Assembly (NCBI GenBank): GCA_976551045.1
Contig: CDPCPM010000233.1
Span: 3,348,001-3,412,000 of the forward strand
DNA: 64,000 nucleotides
Origin: Glaucostegus cemiculus
Lineage: Eukaryota
Reading direction: 5' to 3'
Shown here: piece after piece, positions 12,559 through 26,125 of the stretch
Layout: every line of letters starts with the position of its first letter
Position numbering within the stretch: position 1 is the stretch's first letter
The notes under the pieces: model-generated
What the model was told of the DNA's origin: nothing
The model's database searches: none
What the model saw: only the letters and a program-made list of their open reading frames with translations
Program-made: the position numbers and the translations under genes

Positions 12559-14184
12559 TAGCTGCTTTTTTGCTTGCCACAATACTATATTGAAAAATGA
12601 CTCTCTGCTGGTTTTATGAAAGTCTTCTGCATCTATCACTGTTTTATGAATAAATTACAAGTTGCACAAGTGAGGCTGCCTCTCGTGCCACATAACCCCT
12701 CACTCCCTATCACTACCTGAATCCCCAAATGAAATACCCTGTTCTTTCCTGGGGTCTTGCACATCTAGAGGCCTCCCGATCCAACCCTCCATCATCTGCC
12801 TGACCATTGGTCCTGGTCTCTCTGAATACCCACCCCTGCTCTGGAGTCCATTCCACAAACCCTTTCCCTCCCTCTCTCTCTCTCTGAATGGGCTTACAAC
12901 TAACATGAAACAGATTTTGGTTAGGGGGAGCATTGGAACAGTTGAATCTGTCAACTGTTGACAACTGGTGACAAAATTTACAGATGCAGACTTCAGGAGC
13001 ACCTAGGCTGTGCAAAGGCAAAGATGTACAAGGGCCGGAGTATCTGTGATAAACTGTGGGATTGAAGTCTCACTTAGGATTGAATAGGACGCTGTGGCTA
13101 AAAGGTCGGGTTTAGGTTTCTTCCTTCATGAACATCTTTTGAGGTAATGCTTATATGGAGACTATGCAACAAAGTTCATTACCCCTGCACTTGTCATGGC
13201 ACCTTTAATCATACCATTCAGTTTGTCTCCACCTAAGCAGACAGAAATTTCAGTGAACAACTGCCATGGTGCAGAAACCACCCTGTTGGGGTTTCCTCTA
13301 CTTGCCGAATCTGGTGAAATACCAAAGCAGCCTATTGGCACGGAGGAGTGACCAGTTCACTGAGTGCACCTGAGCTGATTTTTTGCCTGCCCATCTCTTC
13401 CCTTTGGAGAGGTACTGTAATCAGTTACACACCGAGGTCCTTTGGAGGGTAGTAGTTCAGGGAAATTTAAGCTCCAGTTTGGAGCCAGCTTGAAAGGAAT
13501 CCTCCCTTTGCCTTGGGGAGTGGCTGGGGATTGGTCACTCTGCTCTCCTGCTGGACTCCACGAGAAGTCCAGTGAAGGAGTCTCGATGTGCTGAGATTTT
13601 CTCAGCTGAATGCTGTGGCAGTCAAACCATTTAAAGCAAATAGATTGTGGAGCTACTGGGAATGATCCAGAGAGTGGGATTAATCGAATTTGTCTTAAAT
13701 TTTTAAAAAAGGAATGGGGTTGATGGCTTTTCATTTTCTAAGGTCCCTTTATGATTCTCTGGGAAGTGCCTCTTTTGGCTCTGTTATCCATCCTGCAAAT
13801 GTTTCAGAGCTGAGAAAACAAACAATATGTCATCTGGATTTAGCATGAACTCAAACGTTCTCACAATTTACTCCCAGGTAAGAGAACTTGATCCACTTAT
13901 TTCTGTAAAAATTTCTTTTTTTGTTTGAAAGCCCCAGAAGGTGGTGCTGTTGTCAATGACTTTTGTTTAGCAGTTATTCCCATTACCAAGTTCCTGAAGT
14001 AGTGCTGTTAACTCCCAGGGGTGGTGCTGTTTTTTATTTTCTCAGAGAGAGTTTAATCATAAATTGACACGGCTTGCAGTTACATATTGTGAGACTGGGG
14101 GTGATGGAGATGTGTGTGGGGTTGGAATACATGGGAGTTGTTGGGTGATCCCATTAATATTTAATCTTTCTTTGCCTGTGTCAC

Positions 14185-14490
14185 CTCTGGCTCAGTGGTA
14201 ACATTCAATCCCCTAACTCAAGAGGGTGCGGTTTTTAGACACATTCTGGAGGCTCAAGCATTAATGCACTGTTGAGGGAGTGTTGCCCTGTCAGGTTTCT
14301 GTTATCTGGACTTTAAAAATCCTGTGGCACTATTTCCAAGAAGAGGATTGGTGTCTTGCCCAATGATATGGCCAACAGATATCCCTCAGCCAGTATAATT
14401 ATCCAGTTGTTATTCGTCTGCTGCTTGTGGGAATTTGTTGTTTGCTCGGACATCATATAGTACTTACATGGTTGTTAAAATTTCTGACTC
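14185..14490 (+). mobile_element. tRNA-headed Deu-type SINE
   Basis: A-box-like tggctcagtggta followed by gcactgttgagggagtgttgc...tgtggcactatttccaagaagag...tatccctcagcc. Confidence 0.55.
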
Positions 14491-14559
14491 ATGAAAGGTG
14501 CAGTTCAGTGCAAGCTTTTCTTCTGTTTGCACTCACAAAACTTGGCGTGATGAAAACCT

Positions 14560-17500
14560 TTATTAGTGTTGTTATGAGGCAGCAGTTAAGTTACCAGACT
14601 ACCAGATTACCAGATCAACAAGCAATTCAGAGATGTTTAAATCTTGTCATGGCAGATGTGGAATTTAAATTCAGTTAATAATATGGATTTAAAAAAAAAC
14701 TCATGATAACCACACAACGGCTGGATTGTTGTAAAAACCTATCTGGTTCACCTTGAAGGAAGGATATCTCCTACCTCTCCCTGGCTTGGCCAAGATGTGG
14801 TTGACTTTTAACTGCCCTCTGACATGGCTGAGCAATTAGTCAATTGTGCTATATTTATTCTGTTTTAACAGAAAAAGGATAAAAGCAGATGAGTCACTGG
14901 CATCAATCTAAGCACAGAATTCATACTTGGCAAAGTAGCACCCAATCCAGTCAACCATGCAAAATCCTTCTCAGCAGCATCTGTGGACTGCTGTCTGAAG
15001 GTGGAGCCCTGCCCTGACAGATTAGCCAAGAAACAACCTGCCATTCTTATACCCACAGAGTTGTACCTTTATAGACAATATGCCTGACTCCCACGTCACA
15101 ATCCCCGGGGTACTTCCTGTTCCACAACTGAGTCAGAGCCACCAGAGAGGGCAGTAAAGCAGCATATAGGCTGGAGTGATTGGCTCTGAGAATCCTCACC
15201 ATTGTCTCCAGACCCCATGAAGTCTCAGGGTAAGATGGGTAGAGCAGTGGTAGATAGAATTTAATCCTGATACATGAACTTATATATTTTGAGAGGAATA
15301 ATAAGGCCAGGACAAGCATAATAAATGGTCAGACTTGAGGAATCATAGATGAACAGAAGGATCTTGTGCAAGTCCAAAGATTCCTGAAGGTGGCAGCACA
15401 GGTAGATAAGCTGGTTAAAGAAGCAAACAAGATACATAAGAAGGCAAAGTTAAGAAGGGCATAGAATGCACGAGTAGGGAGCTTATGTTACGCTGGGAGG
15501 CCGCAGCTGGAGTTTGGTGCGCAGTTCTGTTCACCACACTAGAGCAAGGATGTGAGTGCACCAGAGAGGGTACAGGGAGTTTCACTAGGATGATGCCTGG
15601 GATGGAATGTTTCAGTTATGAGGAGAGACTGGACAGGCTGGGTCTGTTTTCCTTGGAGTGGGGGAGTCTGACTGTGAGACCTGACTGAAGTAAGCAAAAT
15701 TATGAGGGGTATAGGCTGTGTAGCTCGTAAGAAATCTTTCCCCATAGTAGAAACATCTTATAGGGTAGAGGGCATAGATTTAAGGTAAGCGTTTTGAGAT
15801 TTAGAGGGGATCTGAGGAAAATTTTTTTTGCACAGGAGGTGGTTGGAATCTGGGACGCACTGCCTGAGGGGTGGTGGAGGCAGGGACTCTGACAACTGTT
15901 AAGAAATATCTGGACAAGCACTCGAGTCACAAAGGAATAAAAGGCTACCATGTATTGGAAAATGGGATTAGAATGGATAGATACTTGGTACAGCATGAAT
16001 TTGGTGGGCTGAAGGGTCTATTTCCGCACTGAATGACTCAGTGACTCAATGACTTCTAGGATCAGGTCAAACATGGGCAAAGCAACCACCTTTTGATTAC
16101 CATCTACTGTCGTTCCTTGGCTTATAAATGAGTTCTCCATGTTGAACAACTGACAGAAGCAAGGGCATAGAATGTACTCTGGATAGGACTTCAGTGCCCA
16201 TCACAGAGGGTATCTGGCCACTGATCAAGCTGGATGAGTTCTAATGGACATAGCTGCCAGAATGGTTATTTAGTAGATGTAAGCAATTCACATGAGAAAT
16301 AAATCTACTTAACCTCTTCCTTAATTAATTCAGCTGCTACAGGTACATCTGCCCATTACCGTCCTCACACTGAGGACACCCTCTGTCATGTAGTCTAAAG
16401 TGGGGCCAGATGGATGAGATCTGACAACTCGAAACAGGACTTCCACAACTGGTTATGGGCCATCAACGACGGCAGCAATGTATGGCACCGCATTCTCAGC
16501 ATGTCCCTCACTCTATTGCTACAACCACAGCAGGGGAATCAACCCTGGCGTAGTGAGAGCCGCAATGAGGGTACCTAAATGTAAAGTGCCGTCCTGTTAC
16601 ACTTGCAGCACTGGGATACGTATGTGCTAAGCAGTCCCACAGCTAATGTAGAAGGTCAAAGTTCTGCAGTTCTGTCACATAAGGCTATGAATGGTCACAT
16701 ACAATTCAACAATGGTAATTAGCTTTCCATTCAGCTAATGGAAAGAAAAGGTGCCAAGAGCATTCCCATCCAGAATGATGGTATGGGCCCAGCACATGAG
16801 TGTTATTGAGGCTGAAAGATTTGCAACTATGTTCAACAAGAACATGGGCCATCTTAATTCTTTCCTGAGATCCCCATCATCATAGAATCCTGCCTTCAGC
16901 TACTTCATTTCACTTCATATAACATCACGGAACACCTGAGAGCAATAGATACAGCGAAGGCTGTGGGGACCAGCCAATCCCTGAGTTCTTGTGCTCCAGA
17001 ACTAGCAATGCCTCTAGCCAGTTACAACACTGTTATCTATCCAGCAATAGGAAAAATTATCCCAGTACGTCCTGTTGATAACAGGCAGAAACAATTCAAT
17101 CTGGCTAATTACCACCCATTATACTCTCAACCAACAGAGAAGTGATAGAAAGTCTTGGAGATGATGTTATCAAGTGGCATTTATTGCTCACTGATCATAG
17201 TTCAGATATTTCCCGGTCCATATTAGCATCAAATCTCATTGCAGTTTTGGTCCAAACATCCAGCAGAGCTGACATGACTACCCTTGACAACAAGGCAGCA
17301 CTTTTTCTGAGTGCGGTATCAAAGAGCCCTGGTAAAACTGAAAGCAGTGAGCATCAAGGGGAAAATATCCGGAATCATACCTCACACAAGGAAAGGTGGT
17401 TCTGGTTCTTGGGAGTTAATCATCCCAGCCCAGGACATTACTGCAGGAGTTCCTTGGACAGTGTCCTTGTCCCAACTCTCTTCAGCTGCTTCACCAGTGA

Positions 17501-18360
17501 TCATCCTTCCATCATAATAAGGTCAGAAGTGGAGATGTTTGCTGATGTTTACCTAGTGTTAAATCCTACTCGCAAATGAAGTAGTTCCTCCCTGCATTCA
17601 GCAATACCTCGTCAACATTCAGGCAAGTAACATTCAACAAGACCATCTGCAACAAAAGGGTCTAACCACCTCTCTTTGATAGTCAGTGCTGTTATTATAA
17701 CTGAGTTCCACCAACCTTCCCACTACACTCTGACCTGCACCCCCCAACCCCCACCTCCCCCCCATCATAAACTCAGGGTCACCATGGACCAGGCACTCAA
17801 CAAAGTGATCCACTTAAACATTGTGGTTAAGAAGACAAGTCAGCGGCTGTGTATCTTGCACTGAGTGACTCACCTTCTGTAATGCCAAAGCCTTTCCACT
17901 CATCGGCATGGAATAAGTCAGTAGCAGAATGGAATGCTATTCTTTTATCCAGATGATTGCTTTAGCAACAACACTCAAGAAACTCGATTCTGTCTAGGAC
18001 CAAGCAACCCACTCAGCTGATAAACCATGTGGCACCCTGATCATTGATTCTTTCTACAACTGTCACACTGGCTACAAAATGTATTGAAGCACAGCAGTTA
18101 CTCACCGAGGCTTTTTCGAGCAGTGCCTTCTAAACCCACAACCTCAACCAATGAGAACAAGGCAAGAAGATGTGTGGGAACACCACCTTCTGCAGGTCCC
18201 CTTCTAAGTCGCACCCCGTCCTACCTTGGAACTATATCATGGTCTGAAATAATTGCTGGCTCTCCCTCCCCAGTAGCACTGTGAAGTTCCTTCATCTGAA
18301 AGACAACAGCAGTTAATGAAGGTGGCTCATCACTGCGTTCACCCGAGCAGTAAATAAGGG
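14560..18360 (+). mobile_element. Near full-length but decayed CR1/L2-clade LINE (endonuclease plus RT), interrupted by a younger CR1
   Basis: APE endonuclease remnants at 15000-15230 resume at 16060 (QVKHGQSNHLLITIY). RT remnants NLANYHPLYS and IIRSEVEMFADVY at 17090-17560. 3' tail near 18300-18360. Confidence 0.7.
15235..16055 (+). mobile_element. CR1 LINE 3' fragment nested in the older LINE
   Basis: FTRMMPGMECFSYEERLDRLGLFSLE and the CR1 3' UTR (gggctgaagggtctatttcc...tgactc repeats). Confidence 0.85.
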
Positions 18361-18379
18361 AACAAACAGCTATGTGATA

Positions 18380-18600
18380 ATGACCGATAACCTACTTCTG
18401 TGATGTTGGCTGAGGAATAAGTATTGGTCTCTAAACAGGGAAGAACTTCCCTGATGGGATGCTCCACATCCACTTGAGAGGGCAGTCTTGCCTTAAGGTC
18501 CCATCAGCAAGACCGTGCCTCTCTCAGTGCAGCATTCCCTCAACACTGGCCTGTAGTGGGAGCTGAGCCCACAGTTTTCTGACTCAAGTGCGAGAATACT
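18380..18600 (-). mobile_element. Deu-type SINE, degenerate
   Basis: Reverse-complement similarity to 14185-14490 (cagtgcagcattccctcaacactg, catccacttgagagggcag). Confidence 0.5.
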
Positions 18601-18837
18601 CTATCAACCTTGGTGTGGAACTGAGCAATGGATTGTACTACTTTGATTTCTGTGCATCACCACTTGCCCATTCATCAGTACTATCAACTTGTATCAAGGC
18701 AGTGACAATGTGCTGGAAAGTGATGGGAACTTCAGTACTGATCAACACAACCAGATTAATGTGAATGGGATCTGAATACCAGGGAGTCAGTATTATGATC
18801 GAAAACTCCTGGTGAACAGCTTTACGTGTCAGTGATT

Positions 18838-18965
18838 TCAGAATCAGAATCATGTTTATTAGCACTGACTTGTATGTCATGAAGTGCGTTGTTTTGTGGC
18901 AGCAGTACAGTGAAAAGACATAAAAATTACTATAAATTACAAAATAAATAGTGCAAAAAAAAAGA
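18838..18965 (-). mobile_element. LINE 3' tail (Rex-Babar-like) with (TCAGAA)n end
   Basis: tcagaatcagaatcatgtttatt...gttgttttgtggcagcagtacagtg, a LINE tail in reverse orientation. Confidence 0.45.
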
Positions 18966-19829
18966 GTAACAGATCAGAGTTCAGTAGGCTTGCCAAGCCC
19001 ACGGATGGAAAACTACCCAAGCCAAAAATTATGGAGGCTAATATTTGCCTCCAAATTCCTAAATTTTATTTTCACCATACTAAATGCTGCAGATGCATTA
19101 AATGTAAAAGTGATCCTTTCATTTGCTGCATTCACTGTGTTGACAGTTCTTTCAGAGAACACTTGACCTCAACAGCTACTTCAATCCAGGGAGGATAACA
19201 GTGGCTGTTTGGTTATGAGCCAAGCTTGTACTTCCTGGGTCATTTATTGCCATCCTCACCTCCTTAGTCAATTCTGTAATCAATTCCATGACCCTTCTTT
19301 TTACTTTTCTGCACCAAGGTAGGATGTTGAATAACGTTAGAGGAAGATGACTTATTTTACTGTGCCTTTTGATGTTTATTTTTATGAATTGAATGGGTGA
19401 AATTCTATAAATACTGCACCTCAGTTCTATAATTAGTCATGGCATGTAAATGGGTGAACTCAGTCATGACTGGACCTGTCTTTGACCAAAACCCAGACAT
19501 AATATTTTTGAAGGTTGTAAGACTACAGGTCATGGAGCTTTGGATCAATCCATCATTTCCCTCAACTAGTTTATAGAAATAGATTCAAGGCAATAAAGTG
19601 TAATTGCAGATTCGTTGTATTTCTAAATGGTAAAGGAAAACATGAAGTTTAGTGTTTATATTTTTTGATATTGTCAGTCATTTATTAAGGTAAAATACCA
19701 GAATAATACTTGTTGGATAAATCTGTTTCTCATATATAATATGGCATTTCTCCCCCTTTGTAATTTTTTTACCGCTTAGTAATTCTCTTTTTCGTCTTTT
19801 TTTCCTTTTCCACTACTAGCAAAAAATTT

Positions 19830-21850
19830 CTGCTCCAGAATGATCTGAATCTCCACAGCCTTCTTGAATAGAGGATTCCAAATTCCCTGGGTGCGTTTCT
19901 TATCTCTGCTCCGATTGGCTGACCCCTCATTTTGAGGGTGTCAGCCCTGGTTCTAGACATTCCAAAACTCCACCCCGCATCTACCCCGTAAAGTTCCATA
20001 AGAATTTTGCTTGTTCCAATGAGATTAGCTCTAATTATTCTAAACTCGACACTGTTTAGTCTGCTTGGTCTCTCCTAACTGGACAATCCTTCCAACCAAG
20101 AATCAATCTGGAGAATCTTTGTTGTGCTCCCTCTATTGCAAGTACATCTTTACCTAGGTAGGGAGACCAGATGTACATGCAATGTTCCAGGTGCAGTTTT
20201 ACCAAGGCTGTGTATAGTTGCAGTAATATGCCTCTAATGTTGTGTTCAAATTCATTTGCAATAAAGGCTAGCATTTAATTTGTTTTTCTCATTGATTGTT
20301 GTCACTGCCTTCTAGCTTTGTATAATCAGTAAATTTGGATGTATTACAGTTGGTCCTCTCATTAAATAGTTGATATAAAACAGTTGGGGCCCCAGCACAT
20401 ATCTCTGTGTTATCCCAGTAGTAACACCCTCCAAATTTACGAATGACCCATTTATTCCTACTTTCAGTTTTATCTGTTAACCAGTCCTCGCTCATTGCCA
20501 ATCCCACTTGCCCAAACTAATTTTGTTTAATAACCTCTTGTGAACCATATTAAAGGTCTTCTGAATGTTGAAATACATCCAATCTTTTGGCTTCGCCTTA
20601 TCTATTCTACTTGTTACAAGCTGAAACTCAAAGTACACAATCACCCTTTCATAAATCTGTATTGATTCTACCCGATTTTCTTGTCATTTTATAAGTACCA
20701 TGTTACCACTTCCTTACTGATAGATTTTAGCACTTACCTACTATTGAAATCGGACTAACTGGTCTGTAATTTCATTTTCACTCTCCCTTCTTCTCCAAGA
20801 GTGGAATAATATTTGGTTCTTTCCAATCTGTAGAAACCATTCTCTAAGTAATTACAGAAGATGTCAACCACGGTACTCACTCCATCCGCGGCAACTTTTT
20901 GGAATGCAGGTGATTCGATCCTGGGGATTTATTGGCTTTTCATCCCCATTAATTGCTCCAGTAATACTTTAACTGTGATTAATTTCTTTCAGCCCCTTAT
21001 TCGCTCTTTCGCTCTTTCCTTCCAGTTTACTCAGGAGGTGGTTCTTCTGTGAAGGCAGATACCAGAGGAAACCCATGTCTGTGTGGGTTTCCTCCGGGTG
21101 CTCTGGTTTCCTCCCACATTCCATAAGACATACAGGTTAGGAAGTAATGGGCATGTTATGTTGGCGCTGGAAGCGTGGCGACACGTTTGGAGTGCCCCCC
21201 AAAATCACTATGCAAAAGATGTATTTCACTGTGTGTTTCGATGTACATGTGACTAATTAAACTCTGATCTTATCTTATTTTAGATGTTTATTGAATTTCT
21301 CTGCCATTTCCTTAATCCCCACTCGGATGTTCCCTGACTCAGTTTGTAAGGGATTCATGTTAACTATTCTTTTTGCATATCCACAGAAACACTTACAGTC
21401 TATGTTTTTTCACTGGATTACTCTTGTATTCTGCTTCTCCTTTCTTTATCAAATTTTTGATCCTGCTATTCTAAATTCTGAATTTTCTCAAACCTCAGAC
21501 TTACTAAAACTTTTGGCAAAATTATGAGCCTTTTCCTTTGATCTAATGTGATCTGTGACTACTCTTGTGCTATCATTGGACCAGATTTCCTGTTGCCTTA
21601 AAGAGATTTGTGTTTTATAATCATGTATTAATTCTTCAAATGTTGTTCATTGCTTGTTTACCTTTTAATGTAGTTTCCTTTTCTACCATAGCCAACTTAT
21701 ACCGCATACCTTTCTTGTTTTAATTTAACAAAATGGTTTGGGATTAAACTAAACCACTTTCAATCATATTATGATCAATACTGTCGATTAACTTTCTCAT
21801 TGCACAATATTGGTTCTAAAATAGCCTGTTCCCTGGTTGGTCCCTCAGCA
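19830..21850 (-). mobile_element. Decayed CR1 LINE (RT region), interrupted by a V-SINE
   Basis: MLAFIANEFEH...LYTALVKLHLEHCMYIWSPYLGKDVLAIEGAQQRFSRLI and SKFTDYTKL motifs. Confidence 0.8.
21061..21280 (+). mobile_element. 5'-truncated V-SINE
   Basis: V-domain tgtgtgggtttcctccgggtgctctggtttcctcccacatt and tail ttcactgtgtgtttcgatgtacatgtgactaat. Confidence 0.8.
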
Positions 21851-22134
21851 TTTAGAAAACTCCTAGAAGCAGCCGTTGTGAAGAAAGATCATGTTAATAT
21901 GGGCCATTTGGATTGTTCTCTTACCTGGTCATAACCAGCTTTTGACTGCACTGTAAATTTTTATGGTTCTAATGGGAAAAAAAATTGCCAGCATGACTCC
22001 TATGCACTGCTGGTTGCTGATTTCTTGATAATTGCTGAAGATGTTTGATCAACTTCTTAACAGCATTAAAAACACAAATGCATTTAAGTAGCAATGTGTC
22101 AACAGCACTTATGGCAGAGCAAGAGAAGCCAGTT

Positions 22135-24700
22135 CTCTATCCGCTTCCTAGGCAGACCCTCGAGACTGAGGATATGTTGCTTCCACGAGGGTTTTATGGG
22201 TTTTGAGGTGACTGATGAGGCCAATGTGAGAACCACAATCTGTTCCATTGGATGGGGCAGGAGGTGCCTGTTCGGCATTGTTTAACAGGTGTTGTGTTTC
22301 TTCCTCCACTAATGCAGGCTTTGCTGCACCTCTGATGCATGAACTAAGGTTCTCAGGACCATCCTGAATGCTCCTTCTCCAGTTTAATCGATCATAAAAT
22401 GATGAGAGGCATAGACAATGTAGACCGTATCTTTTTCTGAGGGCTGTAATATTTAATACTAGAGGACGTGCATTTAAGACAAGAGGGGGAAAGTTTAAAG
22501 GAGAAGTACGGGGCTAGTTTTTTTACACAGAGAGTGGTGGGTGCCTGGAATGCGCTGCTAGGGGTGGTTGTGAAGGCTCTTAGATAGGCACATGAATATG
22601 CAGTGAATGGAGGGCTATGAACCATGTGCAGGCAAAAGGGATTAGTGTAATTAGGCAACGATGAGTTAGGCACAATATCATGGGCTGAAGGGCCTGTTCC
22701 TGTACTGTGCTATGTTCATGGGCTAGAAATTCCCAAGAATTGGTGGGGATGTCGCATTTTTTCAAAGAAGCTTTTAGATTATCCTTGAATCTTTTACTCT
22801 GCCTGCCTGGTAATCTCCTTCCATGAATTAGAGCAGCTATTTTAGGAGCATGGTGATTGATATGGCCTCAGCAGAGTACAAGTTAGGCCTCAGTAGTGGG
22901 GATGTTGCCCTGGGAGAGGACACTAATGTCGATTTGCTTGTCCATCCAGTGATTTTACGGAGACATCATTGGTGATATTTCTCCAGTACATTGAGATGCT
23001 TGCTGTCGGTGGTCATTATCCCTCTTAGATGGTTCTTGAGAATTGAGGATGATTTGTATCCTCTCCAGTATTGTAGGTTTTGACGCGGCTAATGAGGCCA
23101 ATGTGGAACCAGATGGGGTGGGTGGTCGCTGATGAAGTGGCGGTAGTTTGTGAGGTAGAACAGCCCCTCTACCACTTGCGCAGGGCCTCTGAGTGTTCTT
23201 GATGCACATTCTTGAGGCTCTCAATTCCAGTACACCTTCTCCACTTTGAATGGTAATGGGTCCAGGGATTCCCAGGAGTCAGTGGGGATATTGCATTTCT
23301 TTAAGGAAGTTTTGAGACACCTATCACCTGGTAATCTCCTCACATGACAAAGCTTGAATATTTCTGCAGGTGGCAGCCAACTTTGGGGAGGGTGTTCATG
23401 ATCCCTCCTAATTAATGGAGTCAGAGGCTTTGGTGAGGTTGAAGAAGGCCATGTATGGTGGCTGGTGCTTCTTGGTGTTGTCATGCATTGCAGATCATGT
23501 CCTCCGTGCCTCTGGAAGGCTGTCATCCACTAGGGAGCACTCTTCGGCCACTGGGTGGAAACCGTTGAGGAAGATCCTGACATTGACTTTCCCTGAGACT
23601 GTAGTTACCACAGTTGAATATGTCCCTGTTATTATTGAGTTGGTATGTGGCCGCCTTCACCTTTTGTTGGTCAGGAGTGGCAACAAGGCTATCCTGAATA
23701 AGCTGCTGTGGAGTGGAGTCCAGGGCATTTGCATGAAAGGCAGAGTCCATGATTGAGAAGGTATCTGAAGTATTGTTCCCCTGGGCATTGAGTATCCCCA
23801 TCACTGAAGTTCACCTGTTTTCTAGGCTCTTGGTGGGGTGAGGTTTTGAGTATTCAGGTGGTAGATGTTTTTTATAACTCTGAAGAACCTATGCATGTCA
23901 TAGCTGCCAGGAAGCTGCTGAGCTGTTGGCGCTCTACCATCTACTATCGGTTCTTTATGTCCCTGGTATGTCTTCATCTTCCAGATTACGGCAGACTTCA
24001 TGTCAGCCCGTAAGTGACGGAGAATCTGCAGCTCCTGCAGGCTGGGTGTTGACTGGTTGTGAGGCTCCATCTGGCAGGGCTGATTTCATGGGGGGTCCTC
24101 AAGAGCTTCAGTATTTTGTACAGAGAAGGATCCCAGTGAAGTTGGTCTTCTGTACTCCATCCTTGACAATCGTGCCTTGCTAGAGGATTGTGGCTCTTCC
24201 TATTCTGGTGTTGAAGTCAATCAGGTGGATTAATTTGCTTCCCTTTCAGATGCAGTCCAGGGTTTTTTAAACTCAGAAGCAAAGTCCTTTTTGGCCTCAT
24301 CTGAATTTTCCAGGGTTGGGGCATATGCACAGGTGACTGTAGCATGTCGGTTCTGTGTTAGAGCGAACCGAAGGATCGTGAGGTGTTACTAATTCTGTGG
24401 TGGGGGCAGGGGGTTGGTGGTAAGTCAGTGAGATACCGGACTAGCTCACTTTTGACGATGAAGTTTACTGCATGAAGTCAGCCTTCCTCTTCCAGCTTGC
24501 TTCTCCAGAAGAAGGTGTACCTCATACCTTGCTCTTTAAATTGACTACCTCCCGTCCATTGTGTCAGCGTCAGTGTCTGTGTTCCTGAGCTATGATAGCA
24601 GAGTGGCGTTTAGACCCGCAGCTGTTGGGATGGTCCACATGGGCCTGAACATTCCAGCTTCCATACTCCGTATGGTTGAATGGAAGTCGCCTGTGCCTGG
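22135..24700 (-). mobile_element. RTE (BovB-like) LINE remnants, apparently two tandem 3' ends, with a CR1 inserted at 22392-22720
   Basis: SWNVQAHVDHPNSCGSKRHSAIIAQE (RTE endonuclease start) near 24580-24660 and FFNLTKASDSIN (RT). LKKCNIPTDSWESL and KKCDIPTNSWEFL C-termini occur twice. Confidence 0.75.
22392..22720 (+). mobile_element. CR1 LINE 3' end
   Basis: TRGRAFK..GGKFKGEVRG.FFTQRVVGAWNAL and the 3' UTR gggctgaagggcctgttcctgtactgtgctatgttc. Confidence 0.85.
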
Positions 24701-25029
24701 TTGTCTGTACTGTCAGAGACATTCCCCTAACTGTTGAATTCAGTGAAAAGAGCAATTGTTAGAAAATTACAGGCTTTGGAAAATTTCTGAGTCACAGAGG
24801 AAAATTTCTCAAAATCGTTGCTCTAAAATTGAAAGGTGCAGGCCTGTTGGACTGCATTCCTCAGTCAGAAACCTGGAGTGAGTGTCTGCCGTCAGGCATC
24901 CATCATCACAAACTTGCAATTAGACGGTAGAAATCGAAACTGCTAACATCTACAAACCTAGATTTTCTGATGTTATTGTTTGTACAATGAATGAGTTAGA
25001 ATGGTGCTACAATGGTACGACTGGAGATA

Positions 25030-25560
25030 CCAGACTACACCGGCCCGACCTTTAAGCATTTCAAAGGCCATTGTCCTGTTCCATCTTAGAGGAAGCTGGG
25101 GTTGAAGGTGCTTTATTGCCTTGTCCATTCCCACCATCCAGGGACCCAAGCAATACTTCCAGGCGACCCTGGTGCTTCTTCCAATTTAGGGTATTGCACT
25201 TGTTGTGCACAGTATGTGCTACATTCAGTTGGGTGACCACTTTGCACAACACCTCCATTCAGTTCACAAGGATAACCCTTAGCTTTAAATAACCTGTCAC
25301 ATTAATTCTCTGTACCACTCTTACATGGCACCAAAAAGCAATTGTGTTATATGGACAACCTTGGTCTACGCTCTATCTCATACATTCCCTTGTTCTCTCA
25401 ACCTTCCCCTTCAATTTAAAACACTTTTTTTTTTAATTTTTCTAGTCTGCCGAAGGGTCATTCAGTTGGTGCGTTAGGTTTGTTTCCCCCCTTCACAGAT
25501 GCTGTCTGACGTGCTGAGTATCCCCAGCATTTTCTGTTCCTTTTTTTTATTATTTCAGGG
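25030..25560 (+). mobile_element. Decayed Penelope-like fragment with terminal repeat
   Basis: Ends in cacagatgctgtctgacgtgctgagtatccccagcattttctgtt, with a GIY-YIG-region remnant upstream. Confidence 0.5.
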
Positions 25561-25997
25561 TTGAATTTTGTGTTTATCCAAGGAATTCCCCATGGGTCCC
25601 ATAATAGTGGTGGGGGTTCTTAAAGTTTCACTGGGGTTCCTCAAGCAAACATTTGCAGGGGCAGTTTGGAGCCAAGGTGGTAGTGGCTGCCAGTCTGCCT
25701 CAAATAAGGTGGAAAATCCAATAAATTCAGAGACACAGTCTCATTAATAATTTACATAAGGTTGAAAGAGCATGTTCTGGTGTACGATTGATGCCCTTGA
25801 GGCATGTCCAGAATTTAATTAGGTGGTTGATAACAGATTCAGATTGATGCCATACCATATTAGGATTATTATGCTACAGGAGATGCTTTATATAATGCCT
25901 CATGAATTTAATGAAATACCTTAGAGGATAATTACATTTGCGGTCTTGGGAGTTGGTGTGGGGTTGCTAGGAATGTATCATAAAGATTTATTCAATA

Positions 25998-26125
25998 GAG
26001 ACACAAGAGAATGCAAATACTGGAATCTGGAGTAAAAAAGCTGCTGGAGGAACTCAGTGGGACAGGCAGAACCCGTGGAAGAAAATGAGCAATTTTTTGG
26101 AATGAGACCCTTCAGCTGGACTGGA
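25998..26125 (-). mobile_element. Penelope-like terminal repeat fragment
   Basis: agacacaagagaatgcaaatactggaatctggag...gctggaggaactcag...gagacccttcagctggactgg, homologous to 4640-4775. Confidence 0.7.

Noticed and set aside
12600-13900. Possible gag-like remnant on the minus strand
   Set aside because: No intact zinc-knuckle or capsid motif could be read.
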